Shown here piece after piece: positions 39,085 through 52,100 of a stretch of DNA of 64,000 bases. The DNA lies in assembly GCA_963925895.1 (NCBI GenBank), contig CAWUVH010000006.1, forward strand, positions 1,474-65,473, in the 5' to 3' direction. Numbering within the stretch: position 1 is the first letter of the stretch; the number at the start of each line of letters is the position of its first letter. A model generated the notes under the pieces. It saw only the letters and a program-made list of their open reading frames with translations. It was not told the DNA's origin and ran no database searches. A program made the position numbers and the translations under genes. This DNA comes from an uncultured Burkholderiales bacterium (lineage in GTDB: Bacteria > Pseudomonadota > Gammaproteobacteria > Burkholderiales > Eutrophovitaceae).

Positions 39085-39900
39085 ATGTCAAAATTTAGCA
39101 CTACTGTAGTTCTAGACCAGCTGACTGATCTAGCTAAATACATCTCAGAAAAAGAGATTATCCCTAATTTTAAAACATCTACTCACGTTCGCAAGAGTGA
39201 TGGGAGTCCGGTAACCCCTGTGGATGCCGCAGTGCAGTCTATTCTTGAGGATAGATTACCCAAAATATTGAATGTGCCGGTTCTTGGCGAGGAAATGCCC
39301 GCGGACAAGCAATCTCAAATTTGGGGGCTGCGTGATTCTGGAATATGGTGTGTGGATCCGATAGATGGGACCACTAATTTCATCAATGGCATCCCCTACT
39401 TTGCGGTGTCGATTGCATATTTTTCAGGAGGAAAATCCATATTCGGATTGGTTTTTAATCCAATCAGTGGAGAAGTTTTTACTGCGGAAGAAGGCGGTGG
39501 TGCCTACCTAGGGGATCAAAATTTATCGAACAATGCGACTCGGCATGCCAGGCTAGAGGAGTGTGTCGCCAGTGTTGACTTTAAAAGATTGCCAGAAGCT
39601 CTCAGGACTCGTTTGGTTTCTGCGCCGCCATATGCGTCGCAAAGAAATTTTGGTGCGGCCAGTCTAGAGTGGTGTCATGTTGCGTCAGGCTTATTTGATG
39701 TTTACGTGCATGGGAACCAAAAGGTTTGGGATTATGCGGCCGGGGCCTTGATTGTGTCTGAGGCTGGAGGTGTGATGTCATCTTTCGCGACTACGAAAGA
39801 CCACTTCTGGGACGGTGATGCACTGTCGCGACCAGTGATTGCCGCGCGCGACCCGGCTATTTTTAAAGATTGGTCGAATTGGTTGCATATTTCTCTGTAG
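39085..39900 (+). CDS. Inositol monophosphatase-family phosphatase
   Basis: Metal-binding motifs LGEE, WCVDPIDGTTNF and WDYAAG. Confidence 0.88.
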   Translation: MSKFSTTVVLDQLTDLAKYISEKEIIPNFKTSTHVRKSDGSPVTPVDAAVQSILEDRLPKILNVPVLGEEMPADKQSQIWGLRDSGIWCVDPIDGTTNFINGIPYFAVSIAYFSGGKSIFGLVFNPISGEVFTAEEGGGAYLGDQNLSNNATRHARLEECVASVDFKRLPEALRTRLVSAPPYASQRNFGAASLEWCHVASGLFDVYVHGNQKVWDYAAGALIVSEAGGVMSSFATTKDHFWDGDALSRPVIAARDPAIFKDWSNWLHISL

Positions 39901-40006
39901 TAGAGATCCATGTTGAGTGATGTAAGTCTTTGTTTGTTGACGGCAAACGGGGAAATCGGTATTGTGGAACGTTTTCTTTTTAAAAGCGCAAGCGTTGGGT
40001 GGTTGT

Positions 40007-41731
40007 ATGGAAATGACGGGGGGGCAAGTCGCCGAGCTATCGGGTGCTGAAATTGTTTCGCGCTGTTTGGCGGAAGAGAAAGTTGAATTTTTGTTTGGGT
40101 ATCCTGGTGGAGCGGTGCTTCCCATTTACGATGCATTATTCAAGCAAGATAAAGTTAAGCACATTTTAGTGCGGCACGAACAAGCAGCTGTGCACGCGGC
40201 GGACGCGTTTGCTCGAGCTACTGGCAAAGTGGGAGTCGCTCTGGTGACTTCTGGTCCAGGGGTTACCAATGCGATCACTGGTATTGCTACAGCCTATATG
40301 GATTCTGTCCCTATGGTAGTGATTACGGGTCAGGTGCCAACTCATGCCATTGGGGAAGACGCGTTCCAAGAGGTTGATACCGTTGGGATCACCCGACCAT
40401 GTGTCAAACATAATATCCTGGTTAGGCGGGCGGCAGATATTGCGCCAGCTATAAAAAAAGCTTTTTATTTAGCCGCGACGGGCCGACCCGGTCCGGTTGT
40501 TGTGGATATTCCTAAGGATATAACTCTGGATAAAACCAATTATTTTTATCCTGAGTCTGTTTCTTTGCGATCCTATAATCTGGTGACACGAGGTCATTCG
40601 GGTCAGATAAAAAAAGCTGTTGAATTGTTGCTGTCAGCTAAACGACCGATGATCTATTCAGGCGGCGGCATCATTATGGGTAACGCATCTGAGTTGCTTG
40701 CCCAGTTAGTTCGCACGCTAGGTTATCCGTGTACGAATACATTGATGGGTCTTGGCGGATTTCCCGCAACGGATCCATTATTTTTAGGCATGTTGGGAAT
40801 GCATGGCACTTATGAGGCCAACATGGCAATGCAAGATTGCGATGTATTGTTGGCAATTGGCGCGCGCTTTGACGATCGAGTTGTCGGAAACCCGACTCAT
40901 TTTATGAGTGTTGAGCGCAAGATTATTCATGTTGATGTGGATCCATCATCAATCTCTAAGCGTGTGAAAGTTGATGTTCCAATTGTTGGCGATGTGATAG
41001 AGGTTCTGAAAGCGATGCTTCAGCACATTGACGAGCTGTCAGTAAAATCGCACAAGCCTGATATCGAGGCATGGTGGCAGCAAATTTCAGTGTGGCGAGA
41101 AAAAGACAGCTCGAAGTTTGCGTTATCAGATGAGGTGATTAAGCCTCAGGCGGTCGTTCAAACATTTTATGAGCTCACCAAACATGAGGACGTATTCGTC
41201 ACGTCTGATGTGGGACAGCATCAAATGTGGGCCGCACAGTACTTCAAATTTGATCGGCCAAGAAGGTGGATTAACTCCGGAGGTCTTGGCACTATGGGGG
41301 TTGGTCTGCCGTATGCGATGGGCGTTCAGTTTGCTTATCCGGATGCAACTGTTGCTTGTATTACAGGCGAGGCGAGCATACAGATGTGTATACAGGAGCT
41401 TTCTACCGCGAAGCAATACAGTTTGCCGATCAAAATCATCACCTTAAATAATCGTTACTTGGGGATGGTGCGTCAGTGGCAGGAATTTTTCCATGGAAAC
41501 CGTCATTCTGAATCGTATATGGATGCGCTACCAGACTTCGTTAAGTTAGCGGAGGCTTATGGTCATGTCGGTATGCGTATCGATAAGCCATCAGATGTAG
41601 AGGGAGCGCTCAAGGAGGCGTTAGCGCTTAAAGACCGTTTGGTCTTTATGGATTTCATTACGGATCAGACTGAAAATGTTTTTCCGATGATCCCGGGTGG
41701 AAAAGGGCTATCGGAAATGATTCTTGAATGA
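40007..41731 (+). CDS. ilvI: Acetolactate synthase large (catalytic) subunit
   Basis: ThDP enzyme with GGLGTMGVGLPYAMG and an AHAS-like N-terminus (GAEIVSRCLAEEKVEFLFGYPGGAVLPIYDAL). The ATG at 40007 is preferred to the TTG at 39962. Confidence 0.95.
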   Translation: MEMTGGQVAELSGAEIVSRCLAEEKVEFLFGYPGGAVLPIYDALFKQDKVKHILVRHEQAAVHAADAFARATGKVGVALVTSGPGVTNAITGIATAYMDSVPMVVITGQVPTHAIGEDAFQEVDTVGITRPCVKHNILVRRAADIAPAIKKAFYLAATGRPGPVVVDIPKDITLDKTNYFYPESVSLRSYNLVTRGHSGQIKKAVELLLSAKRPMIYSGGGIIMGNASELLAQLVRTLGYPCTNTLMGLGGFPATDPLFLGMLGMHGTYEANMAMQDCDVLLAIGARFDDRVVGNPTHFMSVERKIIHVDVDPSSISKRVKVDVPIVGDVIEVLKAMLQHIDELSVKSHKPDIEAWWQQISVWREKDSSKFALSDEVIKPQAVVQTFYELTKHEDVFVTSDVGQHQMWAAQYFKFDRPRRWINSGGLGTMGVGLPYAMGVQFAYPDATVACITGEASIQMCIQELSTAKQYSLPIKIITLNNRYLGMVRQWQEFFHGNRHSESYMDALPDFVKLAEAYGHVGMRIDKPSDVEGALKEALALKDRLVFMDFITDQTENVFPMIPGGKGLSEMILE

Positions 41732-41770
41732 TGCGCCCAATTAAATTTTTCGTCTAATAAGGCAATTACT

Positions 41771-42262
41771 ATGAGGCATATTCTTTCATTGCTTTTAGAG
41801 AATGAGGCGGGAGCTCTTTCCCGTGTTGCAGGGCTCTTTTCGGCACGGGGATATAATATTGAATCTTTAACGGTGGCTCCTACAGAGGACCCATCGTTAT
41901 CGCGGATGACGATCGTTACCATAGGATCGAATGAAGTGCTTGAGCAAATCACGAAACAGTTAAACAAACTTGTGGATGTGGTTAGGGTCATTGACCTCAC
42001 GGAAGGCAGTCATATAGAGCGAGAGTTAATGCTCGTAAAAGTGCGTGCTGTGGCGAAGGATCGAGAGGAAATTAAACGCATTTCCGACATATTTAGAGGG
42101 CGAATTTTAGATGTTACGGATAAAACGTATACGATTGAACTGACCGGAACTGGAGCTAAGTTGGATGCTTTCTTCGATGCACTAGATAGGGAAGCAATCC
42201 TTGAAACGGTTAGAACTGGAGCATCAGGAATAGGGCGTGGTGATCGAATCTTAAAGGTTTGA
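41771..42262 (+). CDS. ilvH: Acetolactate synthase small (regulatory) subunit
   Basis: ACT domain RHILSLLLENEAGALSRVAGLFSARGYNIESLTV. 163 aa. Confidence 0.95.
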   Translation: MRHILSLLLENEAGALSRVAGLFSARGYNIESLTVAPTEDPSLSRMTIVTIGSNEVLEQITKQLNKLVDVVRVIDLTEGSHIERELMLVKVRAVAKDREEIKRISDIFRGRILDVTDKTYTIELTGTGAKLDAFFDALDREAILETVRTGASGIGRGDRILKV

Positions 42263-42267
42263 AATAA

Positions 42268-43326
<1,059 letters not shown>

Positions 43327-43375
43327 GGTGATATGGGTTACTGTATTACAGTGGTTCGGTTCAAGCGAGTTGGCA

Positions 43376-43399
43376 GAACCGGTTGTTCAACGGTTTTTT
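43376..43399 (+). terminator. Weak candidate intrinsic terminator after ilvC
   Basis: (G)AACCG-GTTGTTCAA-CGGTT followed by a T-run (TTTTTT overall). The stem is short, and an alternative upstream pairing CGGTTC(43357-62)/GAACCG(43376-81) competes for the same bases. Confidence 0.35.
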
Positions 43400-43408
43400 G
43401 AGGCTTAA

Positions 43409-44062
43409 GTGAATCACAAATATCAACATCCTATAATCGCGAGAGAGGGATGGCCTTTCTTGCTTCTTGCTGGAGTGCTGGCCGGATTTAGCACTGTTTA
43501 CAGTGTCTATCTGGCTATTCCTCTATGGCTTATTTTCATCTTCATCCTGCAGTTTTTTCGAGACCCCGCTCGTGTTGCTCCCGAGGGAGACCGGCTAGCA
43601 TGTGCGCCTGCAGATGGACGTGTTGTTTTTGTAGATGAGGCCTTTGATCCTTACGCTAATCGAGAATGTTTAAAGATCAGCATTTTTATGAACGTATTTA
43701 ATGTTCATTCAAATCGTATGCCGATAGCAGGGGTGGTTAATGCGAAGCATTACTTCCCGGGGAAATTTTTTAATGCCGATCTCGATAAGGCATCTGAGAG
43801 TAACGAGCGTAACGCGCTTTTGTTAGTTTCAAAACAAGGGCATCAAGTAACCTGTGTTCAGATCGCGGGTTTGATCGCCAGGCGTATTCTCTGTTACGTC
43901 AATGAGGGAGCAGAAGTGATCAAGGGTGAGCGCTTTGGCTTTATTCGGTTTGGTTCACGAGTTGATCTTTATTTGCCCAAATCGACTAAAGTTATGGTGA
44001 GCCTAGGGGACAAGGTCGTGGGTGGAGAGACGGTTGTGGCTGAACTACCAGTAAGGGAGTGA
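43409..44062 (+). CDS. psd: Phosphatidylserine decarboxylase proenzyme (short form)
   Basis: GTG start, 217 aa, N-terminal TM segments, and a self-cleavage G-S site in RFGSRVDLYLP. Confidence 0.88.
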   Translation: MNHKYQHPIIAREGWPFLLLAGVLAGFSTVYSVYLAIPLWLIFIFILQFFRDPARVAPEGDRLACAPADGRVVFVDEAFDPYANRECLKISIFMNVFNVHSNRMPIAGVVNAKHYFPGKFFNADLDKASESNERNALLLVSKQGHQVTCVQIAGLIARRILCYVNEGAEVIKGERFGFIRFGSRVDLYLPKSTKVMVSLGDKVVGGETVVAELPVRE

Positions 44063-44068
44063 ATCCAG

Positions 44069-44851
44069 TTGGAGAGTGAAGATAAAACAGTTTTGAGTGC
44101 CGAGGACACTTCCCCTAGCCGAAGACAAAGATTTTTTTGGCTACCTAATGCCATTACAATTTGCGGTTTATTCTCCGGTTTTTATGCCATTGTGCAAGGC
44201 ATGAATCATGAGTTTGGATTGGCAGCAATTGGTATTTTTGCGGCGATGATTTTTGATGGGCTAGATGGCCGGGTCGCACGCCTTACTCAAACTCAATCTG
44301 CTTTTGGGGCTCAGTTTGACTCTTTGGCAGATATGGTTGCTTTTGGTGCGGCTCCTGCTCTGGTTCTATACGAGGCGGAACTTCGCTCAATTGGCGGTAA
44401 GCTCGCCTGGGTAGCAGCGTTCATATATGTCGGATGTGCAGCGCTCAGGTTAGCGCGTTTCAACACCAATATGGATACCGTTGAAAAATCGTATTTTCAA
44501 GGTTTGCCTAGTCCGGCCGCAGCGGGAGTGGTCGCGGGTTTTATATGGGCGACTACTGCGAACGATTTTCAAGGGCTACCGTGGGTAGCCTGGGTTCTGG
44601 CCGTAACACTCGGCTTCACTATGGTTAGTAACATAAAATACTACAGCGGAAAGGAAATCAACCTCCGTAAGGCAGTGCCTTTCTCGGTTGTGGTGCTGAT
44701 TTCATTCTTTGTTATTCTTGTTATTAATTCAGCGGATAACCTACCTGAGTTGCTGTTTTTAACCTTCCTATCTTATTTTCTATCAGGGTTTGTGGCTTGG
44801 GTGGTTGTTTATTTTAAGAATCGACGCGCTCAAATGGATTTAAAAGAGTAA
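44069..44851 (+). CDS. pssA: CDP-diacylglycerol-serine O-phosphatidyltransferase
   Basis: CDP-alcohol phosphatidyltransferase motif DGLDGRVAR ... GAQFDSLAD. Multi-TM protein with a TTG start. Confidence 0.9.
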   Translation: MESEDKTVLSAEDTSPSRRQRFFWLPNAITICGLFSGFYAIVQGMNHEFGLAAIGIFAAMIFDGLDGRVARLTQTQSAFGAQFDSLADMVAFGAAPALVLYEAELRSIGGKLAWVAAFIYVGCAALRLARFNTNMDTVEKSYFQGLPSPAAAGVVAGFIWATTANDFQGLPWVAWVLAVTLGFTMVSNIKYYSGKEINLRKAVPFSVVVLISFFVILVINSADNLPELLFLTFLSYFLSGFVAWVVVYFKNRRAQMDLKE

Positions 44852-44989
44852 TGAGGGGCGGCATCAAAACCACACCACCTAGTGAACGACTTGCTACGTG
44901 TATGGAATAATTCTATATTGATGTGTCCTTTTGATTATTTGTTAGATTGAAGTAAGAGAGTAAGGGCGGTTGCTAACCGGGGTGTTTCT

Positions 44990-46528
44990 ATGACTGATCA
45001 TTTGATAATTTTTGATACAACCATGCGGGATGGAGAACAAAGTCCTGGTGCATCGATGACTCGAGAGGAAAAGCTGCGCATTGCCAAGCAACTCGAGCGG
45101 ATGAGGGTTGACGTGATCGAAGCAGGTTTCCCAGCCGCCAGTAATGGTGATTTTGAATCAGTAAAGGCGGTAGCCGAAGCGATACAAGATAGCACGGTTT
45201 GTGGCTTAGCAAGAACCTCAGAAAAAGATATCAGGCGCGCTGCTGAGGCTGTAAAGCCCGCTAATAGTGCCCGAATTCACACGTTTATCGCGACCTCACC
45301 AATCCATATGGAGAGGAAGTTACGAATGAGTGGTGATCAAGTATTGGAGCAGGCTGTAAAAGCAGTCACGTTAGCCCGATCACTGTGTGAAGACGTGGAG
45401 TTTTCTCCAGAAGATGCAGGAAGGTCGGAGCCGGATTATCTTTGTAGAATTCTCGAGGCTGTTATTAAGGCGGGTGCTCGGACCATCAATATTCCTGACA
45501 CCGTTGGCTATACGATGCCGGATCAGTTCGCAGAATTAGTCCGTAACTTAATGACCCGCATACCTAATGCAGACAAGGCTGTCTGGTCCGTACATTGTCA
45601 TAATGATCTTGGAGTTGCTGTTGCTAATTCGTTAGCATCGATTGCTTCTGGAGTGCGTCAAATTGAGTGCACGATTAATGGGCTTGGCGAGAGAGCGGGC
45701 AATGCGTCTTTAGAAGAAATCGTTATGGCCGTCCGGACAAGGCAAGATTTTTTCCAATGTGACACCAGGATTGATGCGACTCAAATTGTTCCAGCTTCTA
45801 AATTGGTGTCTGCAATAACTGGCTTCCCGGTGCAACCGAATAAGGCAATTGTGGGTGCTAATGCATTTGCGCACGAGGCTGGAATTCATCAGGATGGTGT
45901 GCTGAAGCATCGAGAAACCTATGAAATCATGAAGGCGGAAGATGTGGGCTGGTCTAAGAATAAATTAGTACTCGGCAAACACTCTGGGCGTAATGCATTC
46001 AAGCAAAGATTAATCGAGCTTGGTCTCGAGGTGAGTGGCGAAGAAGGTATGAATGCCACATTTGCACGTTTTAAAGAATTGGCCGATAAGAAGCATGAGA
46101 TTTTTGATGAAGATCTGATCATGCTTGTCTCATCAGACGAGGCGATAAGTGTGAATGACGAGCGCTTTAAACTACTCTCGTTAAAAGCCTGTTTTGAGAC
46201 TGGTGAGGCACCAAAGGCAACCGTATTTTTGTCAGAGGGCGGTGAGGAAAAGAGTGCCGATGCTTCTGGTGGTGGTCAAGTGGACGCTACATTCAAGGCG
46301 ATCGAGTCGATCGTTACCAGTGGGGCGGATCTTCAGCTTTATTCTGTTAACGCCGTTACGAGTGGGACAGATTCTCAAGGCGAGGTCAGTGTAAGGCTTG
46401 CCAAAAACGGTAAGATCGTGAACGGACATGGAGCTGACACGGATATCGTAGTTGCTTCAGCCAAAGCTTATTTGAATGCCGTCAACAAGCTGCAGTCTGG
46501 CCTCGAGAAAGTTAATCCACAAGTTTAG
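44990..46528 (+). CDS. leuA: 2-isopropylmalate synthase
   Basis: [14 protein letters not shown] and HCHNDLG motifs plus a C-terminal LeuA dimerisation/regulatory domain. 512 aa. Confidence 0.97.
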   Translation: MTDHLIIFDTTMRDGEQSPGASMTREEKLRIAKQLERMRVDVIEAGFPAASNGDFESVKAVAEAIQDSTVCGLARTSEKDIRRAAEAVKPANSARIHTFIATSPIHMERKLRMSGDQVLEQAVKAVTLARSLCEDVEFSPEDAGRSEPDYLCRILEAVIKAGARTINIPDTVGYTMPDQFAELVRNLMTRIPNADKAVWSVHCHNDLGVAVANSLASIASGVRQIECTINGLGERAGNASLEEIVMAVRTRQDFFQCDTRIDATQIVPASKLVSAITGFPVQPNKAIVGANAFAHEAGIHQDGVLKHRETYEIMKAEDVGWSKNKLVLGKHSGRNAFKQRLIELGLEVSGEEGMNATFARFKELADKKHEIFDEDLIMLVSSDEAISVNDERFKLLSLKACFETGEAPKATVFLSEGGEEKSADASGGGQVDATFKAIESIVTSGADLQLYSVNAVTSGTDSQGEVSVRLAKNGKIVNGHGADTDIVVASAKAYLNAVNKLQSGLEKVNPQV

Positions 46529-46626
46529 CGATGTCGATATAGCCCGCGTCGATTGACGACGAGTTGCTTAACGGCCATCGATTAACTTAAAACAGCAAGT
46601 TTATTCACAAAATGCTCGGAGCCTGG

Positions 46627-48024
46627 ATGCGCAGTTATTGTCATGTCGCGCAATATTTCTGTTTGGGTATTTTTTACCTAATTCTTGCTGGATGTGGGCA
46701 CATGAAGAGCTACGTTGCCGATGCGCCCGAAAAAGAGCAAATAACACAAGACTTTGATTCTAGGGGTGCAAGCCTCAATAGTTTGGTGGGTTTTGTGAGT
46801 GAGTCGGGCTATGGCGGATCTTGGCCTCCCGAGAAATGGGGACTTGAGGAGCTCATGTATGCCGGACTTTACTACAGTCCGAGGCTTGAAGTTGCTCGAA
46901 AAAATAGAGAGTTATCTGAGATTTCAGCACAGTTGTCTGCTCTAGGAATGCGGCAAAAAGTCCAAGTGGCTACCGAATACCATAGCCGAGAAGTAAATGG
47001 CCAAGAGCCTTGGGGGGTGGGGTTTGCAGTAGATTTGCCGTTTTTTTCGACAAAAAAGCGAGAGGCTTTTTCCCAAAAGTCATTGTTTTATTTAGATGGA
47101 GCAGCGCTCGAGCTCAGCCAAGAAATATGGTTGCTGCACTCGTCCCTACGCAATAATTTATTTCGTTTGGCTGTAAATGATGCTAAACGTAAACTCTATG
47201 TACAGAAAATTAAGTTAGCGGAAGAGTTGGATGAGCTTATTGAGGTTAGATTTTCTCATGGCTTTGCGGACCGAGAGGCGTTAGATAAAAGACGGTTTGA
47301 GCTGGGACTATTTCGTGAGTTTGAACTGAATCTTGAAATAGAAAGGCTGGAGATTATTTACTTCATGGCCAGATTGATAGGCATGTCTGCGGCTGACTTC
47401 CAAAAACTTGATCTCGAGATGCCTGATTTTGATCAGACCTACACTATGGACGCCTTGGATTTTAAGAGTGCGGCGCTGCGCAATCGCATCGATTTACAAA
47501 AATCTCTCGTTGATTTCGGTATTGCCGATGTTGAATTGAAGCTGTCGCTTATCAATCAGTACCCTCAGATTTCGATAGTTCCGGGTTACTTTTGGGATCA
47601 GGGGGACAATATATGGAATTTCGCATTGGGATTGGTTTTGCCAAATCATGCTGATGCATTCGTTTTGCGGGCTGAGGCTTCAAGGTCGCTGGAACATCTG
47701 AAAGTTAAAGAGAAGCAAATTAATATTCTTTCTGAGGTTGATCAAAATCACGTGACTGTTCTGTCAACTGAAAAGAGTTTCCGACAGAGTCGCTTAAATT
47801 TGCGTCGAGCCCACGATATGTTTGCTGGCAAGGAGGCGGGGTTTAGTGCGGGAGATATCAGCCGAGTCGAACTCTACGATGCGCGTTTAAATTACCTTCA
47901 AATAGCAGAACGGTTTGTTGACAATAAATTTACCTATTTTTCTGCGGTCGCTGAACTTGAGGATTCGTGTCAAACTCCATTAGTTTTTAAGTATCGGGTC
48001 CCGATGGATATCAATAAACAGTAG
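46627..48024 (+). CDS. TolC/NodT-family outer-membrane efflux lipoprotein (CzcC-like)
   Basis: Lipobox LILAGC after a hydrophobic signal, when started at the ATG at 46627. Two OEP-type coiled repeats. It is the first gene of a three-gene RND block. Confidence 0.8.
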   Translation: MRSYCHVAQYFCLGIFYLILAGCGHMKSYVADAPEKEQITQDFDSRGASLNSLVGFVSESGYGGSWPPEKWGLEELMYAGLYYSPRLEVARKNRELSEISAQLSALGMRQKVQVATEYHSREVNGQEPWGVGFAVDLPFFSTKKREAFSQKSLFYLDGAALELSQEIWLLHSSLRNNLFRLAVNDAKRKLYVQKIKLAEELDELIEVRFSHGFADREALDKRRFELGLFREFELNLEIERLEIIYFMARLIGMSAADFQKLDLEMPDFDQTYTMDALDFKSAALRNRIDLQKSLVDFGIADVELKLSLINQYPQISIVPGYFWDQGDNIWNFALGLVLPNHADAFVLRAEASRSLEHLKVKEKQINILSEVDQNHVTVLSTEKSFRQSRLNLRRAHDMFAGKEAGFSAGDISRVELYDARLNYLQIAERFVDNKFTYFSAVAELEDSCQTPLVFKYRVPMDINKQ

Positions 48025-48034
48025 AGGCATTGAC

Positions 48035-49096
48035 TTGAATACGCGTCAATACAATTTGGTCATTGGTGGACTCACCCTTTTTATCGCCTTGCTGTTATTT
48101 GTCTTGGTGACATTTAATCGAGACGACTTCTTATTCAGCGATTCTGATTATGAAGAGGAGATAGAGACTAGGGATGCCACAGGTTACGAAGATGGCGTTT
48201 CGCTAGTCCGGCTAGCTCGTACGGATCAGGATGCATCCGGTATTGAAGTGACAGAGCTGGCAGTGATGCTTCATCAAGCTGAGTATCAACTGTTCGGAGA
48301 GATTCTCGATATCACTGGATTGTTAGAACTCAGAGAGCGTTTGATTACTCTTTCAAATGAGGATCGAGCTAAAGCTGTCGAAGAGGCCCATTTGGCAGAC
48401 GCGTACAAGCGGGCTAGTCTGTTATTCGAAGATCGCCAAAATATTTCGCGACGTGAGTTAATGGAAAGTGAGTATCAGCTCAATGCGGTTAGAACGTATC
48501 GACTTAACTTGCGTAGGAATTTAGCGTCATTAAAGCATTCTGCGAACGCGACTTGGGGTGCTGAAGTTAGCGACTGGTTACTTGATGAGTATTCTCCAAA
48601 TTTTAAAAGTTTGGTGACTCAACAATCGAGTCTTATACGGTTATTCGTAAGGAATATTTCTCTATCGGATAACGGAATTAGCACCGTTGATATTGCTCCA
48701 GTGGGCTTCCCAACGCGAAAAACATCTGCGCGTTATGTCTCGGAGGCCCCGAGCGCCCAATTGGGTACTGGGGCAGCGGATAAATTTTTTATGGCTGATG
48801 CGCAAATGCCAACCGGTACTCGCGTCATTGTTTCATTATCTGAAAATTCAGAAGGGGTCTCGGGTGTTTTTATCCCTGATGAGGCGGTTTTATGGCATTC
48901 AGGTAAACCATGGGTCTTCAAGCGGCTCAGTGACGGGGTTTTTGCTCGATTCGAAATTGAAGCCGATGTTGATTTGGGGTTAGGCTGGTTCGAGGTTAAT
49001 GCGTTCGTGCCAGGAGATCAGATCGTTGTATCGGGCGCGCAACTTCTGTTGTCAGAGGAGTTGAAATATCAAATACGTAACGAGAATGAGGACTGA
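48035..49096 (+). CDS. Divergent periplasmic adaptor (membrane-fusion-protein-like) of the RND block
   Basis: The TTG start lies 6 nt after GAGG. An N-terminal TM anchor and an acidic stretch (SDSDYEEEIETRD) are followed by a long helical hairpin-like region and a beta-rich C-terminus (GDQIVVSGAQLL). Its position between the OMF and RND genes fits. Assignment rests mainly on architecture and context. Confidence 0.6.
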   Translation: MNTRQYNLVIGGLTLFIALLLFVLVTFNRDDFLFSDSDYEEEIETRDATGYEDGVSLVRLARTDQDASGIEVTELAVMLHQAEYQLFGEILDITGLLELRERLITLSNEDRAKAVEEAHLADAYKRASLLFEDRQNISRRELMESEYQLNAVRTYRLNLRRNLASLKHSANATWGAEVSDWLLDEYSPNFKSLVTQQSSLIRLFVRNISLSDNGISTVDIAPVGFPTRKTSARYVSEAPSAQLGTGAADKFFMADAQMPTGTRVIVSLSENSEGVSGVFIPDEAVLWHSGKPWVFKRLSDGVFARFEIEADVDLGLGWFEVNAFVPGDQIVVSGAQLLLSEELKYQIRNENED

Positions 49097-49150
49097 GGCT
49101 CATCTTTGGTGGTGGCAGGACTCTACTTCTATAGTGGTGGATGACGCCTC

Positions 49151-52100
49151 ATGATTGCCGGAATCGTTCGTAATTCGATTAAGTATGCTGGGGTAGTTGT
49201 CACTCTTGCAATTACCGTTGTTAGCTATGGCTTGTATACCATTTCTAATGCTAACTTAGATGTTTTTCCAGAGTTTTCGCCAAGCCAAGTCGTCCTTCAA
49301 ATAGAGGCTCAAGGGTATTCCTCCGAATTGGTTGAGAAGTTGGTAACGCAACCGATAGAAAATGCCTTAATGGGCATTCCGGAGCTGGAGAATATCCGCT
49401 CCCAGTCGATACCTGGATTGTCGGTTGTGACCGTGGTCTTTAAGGACGGCAGCGATGTCTATCTAAATAGACAGGTGGTTGGGGAGCGTATAGCCGGCCT
49501 AGCAAACGAAATGCCTCGGGGGGTGGAAGCGCCAACCATGACGCCTCTGACCTCTTCTGCCAGTACGGTTTTAGGCATTGGTGTGACCTCAGATAAGCGC
49601 TCCCTTTCTGATTTGAGGACTATAGTGGATTGGACCATACGCCCTCATTTATTGGCCGTGCCAGGGGTTGCTGAGGTTAATGTTTTCGGTGGCAATGTCG
49701 AGCAGTGGCAAATTCAGGTTGACCTTCAAAAATTAGAACAGGCAGATGTTTCATTTCAACACTTAATTGATGCTGCGCAATCTGCCACAGGTATGGTGGG
49801 TACGGGGTTTATTAAGACGCCTAATCAACATTTGAATATTCAAATGGACGGACAGCCGAGAGATTTAGATGATCTTGGACATTTGATTGTTGAGTCGCGT
49901 GCTGGAGTCAATATTCATCTCAGAGATTTGACCAAGGTTATTGCTGCTCCTGCGCCATCTATTGGTGCTGCGTCCATTGATGCGCAGGCGGGTGTTTTTT
50001 TAATGATACAAGGGCAGCTCGGCGCTAATACGTACGCGGTTACGCAAGACCTAGAGCGAGCCATATCAGAACTTGCTCCATTGATTAAGAGAGAAGAGAT
50101 TACTCTTCACGAGAATCTTTTTAGGCCAGCAAACTTTATAGAAACAGCGGTTAAAAATGTTCGGCGTGACGTGCTGATCGGTTCAGCTCTCGTTATTAGC
50201 ATTTTGTTTTTGTTCCTCTATAACGTGCGTACGGCAATTATATGTGCGGTAGCGATGCCAGTATCTTTGCTCTCCGCAGTGATTGTTCTAGACGCGCTCG
50301 ATGTGGCGCTCAATGTAATGGTGATTGGTGGCTTGGCAATTGCACTTGGAGAGGTAGTGGATGATGCCATTATTGATACAGAGAATATCTTTCGACGGCT
50401 GCGATTAAATCAAATTTCAGGTAATAAAAAAAGAGTATCCGATGTGGTTTTGGAAGCCTCAGTAGAGGTGAGAAGTTCTGTCGTTTATGCCACCTTCATT
50501 GTTGTTTTGGCGTTTGTCCCACTGTTAACCCTATCAGGGATTGCGGGCAAACTGTTCGCGCCTCTTGGTCTCGCTTATATATTTGCCATATTGGCATCTT
50601 TGGTTACAGCGGTGACGCTGACCCCGGCATTGAGTTATTTGCTTTTGGGCGGACGCAGTTTATCCGCAGGCGATTCTCCAGCAGTCTCATTTCTTAGGCC
50701 TCGATATGAAAAGCTATTGATTTGGTTTGAGGGGAAATTCGTGCGTAACCTCACGGTGGTTATCGTTATCGTTATTTCAGGTATCAGCGTTTTCCCATTA
50801 TTTTCTGGTGAGTTTATTCCTGCTTTGAAAGAGGGGCACTATATTGCTCATATGACTGCTGTCCCCGGCACATCAGAGCAAGAGTCGTTGAGAATTGGTA
50901 ATCGAGTATCTGCGGTTTTAGGAAGAATTGACGGGGTCGAATCTGTGGCGCAGTGGGTGGGGCGCTCTAAAAATGGTGCAGATACCTTTGGAACGCACTA
51001 TAGCGAGTTTGAGATAGAAATTGGAGCTATAGATGGCGATGAGCAGGAGCGAGTTCTTTTGGAAATACGGGAGGTGCTTGGTGGAGAAAAAGTAGGACAT
51101 TTCCCGGGGTTAAGTTTTGGTGTTAATACATTTTTGACAGAGCGTATCGAAGAGACAGTCACGGGGTTTGCTGCCCCTTTCGTGGCTACGATTTATGGTG
51201 CTAATCTCGATAGGTTGGATCATGATGCGCGTCAGGTTGCTGCCACCTTAAATCAAGTCTATGGGTCAGAAGATGTTCAGATACAGGCACCTGCAGGTAC
51301 GCCACAGCTTGATATCAGGCTGCGGCATGCCCGTTTGTCGGCATTGGGCCTGACTCCAGGCGAAGTGCTGCGGGTGGTCAGTGCGGCTTATGACGGTGAG
51401 GTTGTTGGACAGGTTAGGAGGGGAAATCGAGTTGTAGATATTGTCGTGATTCTTGAGGATGCCCTCAGGCAAGACGTACGCTCGTTATCTGACTTATTTG
51501 TCAAGAAAGTTGGCGATTCTGTCATTCGATTGTCAGATGTCGCCAATATCAGTTTGGTTGGTGGTCGATATAAAATACTTCATTCGGATGGCCGTCGAGT
51601 ACAAACTGTCACCGCAAAATTCTCTGGCCGAGATTTGGGCTCTTTTGAGCGCAGAGCGAAAGAGAAAGTTTTGTCCACTGTGGTGCTCTCGCCCGGAAAT
51701 TATATTGTCTTTTCTGGGACTGCTGAATCTGAGCGGCAAGCAAAGACTGATTTAGTGGTTCATTCGTTGTTGGCCGGAATTGGGGTTTTTATATTCCTTT
51801 TTATTGCCTTTAATCAACTGCATAACATGGCGATCACCTTCTTAAATTTGCCTTTTGCACTTGTCGGCGGCGTAATCGCAGTTATATTCTCCGGGGGATG
51901 GCTATCTCTAGGCTCCTTGGTTGGATTTGTGACGTTGTTTGGTATTACGCTCAGGAATTCCATAATGCTGGTATCCCACTATCAATATCTTGTCGAAGTT
52001 GAGAAAGTTGCTTGGAATTTCGATACTGTCGTAAGAGGGGCGTCTGAGCGACTAACTTCTATTTTGATGACGGCTTTAGTGACCGGTCTTGGTTTGTTGC

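Noticed and set aside
39910-40050. 46-aa (47-codon, stop included) ORF upstream of and overlapping the ilvI start, considered as an ilv attenuator leader peptide.
   Set aside because: It has no run of consecutive Ile/Val/Leu codons, no terminator/antiterminator hairpins after it, and it runs into ilvI itself.
46529-46611. Small stem CGTCG-ATTGA-CGACG after leuA, considered as a terminator.
   Set aside because: The stem is only 5 bp with no following T-run. This is insufficient.
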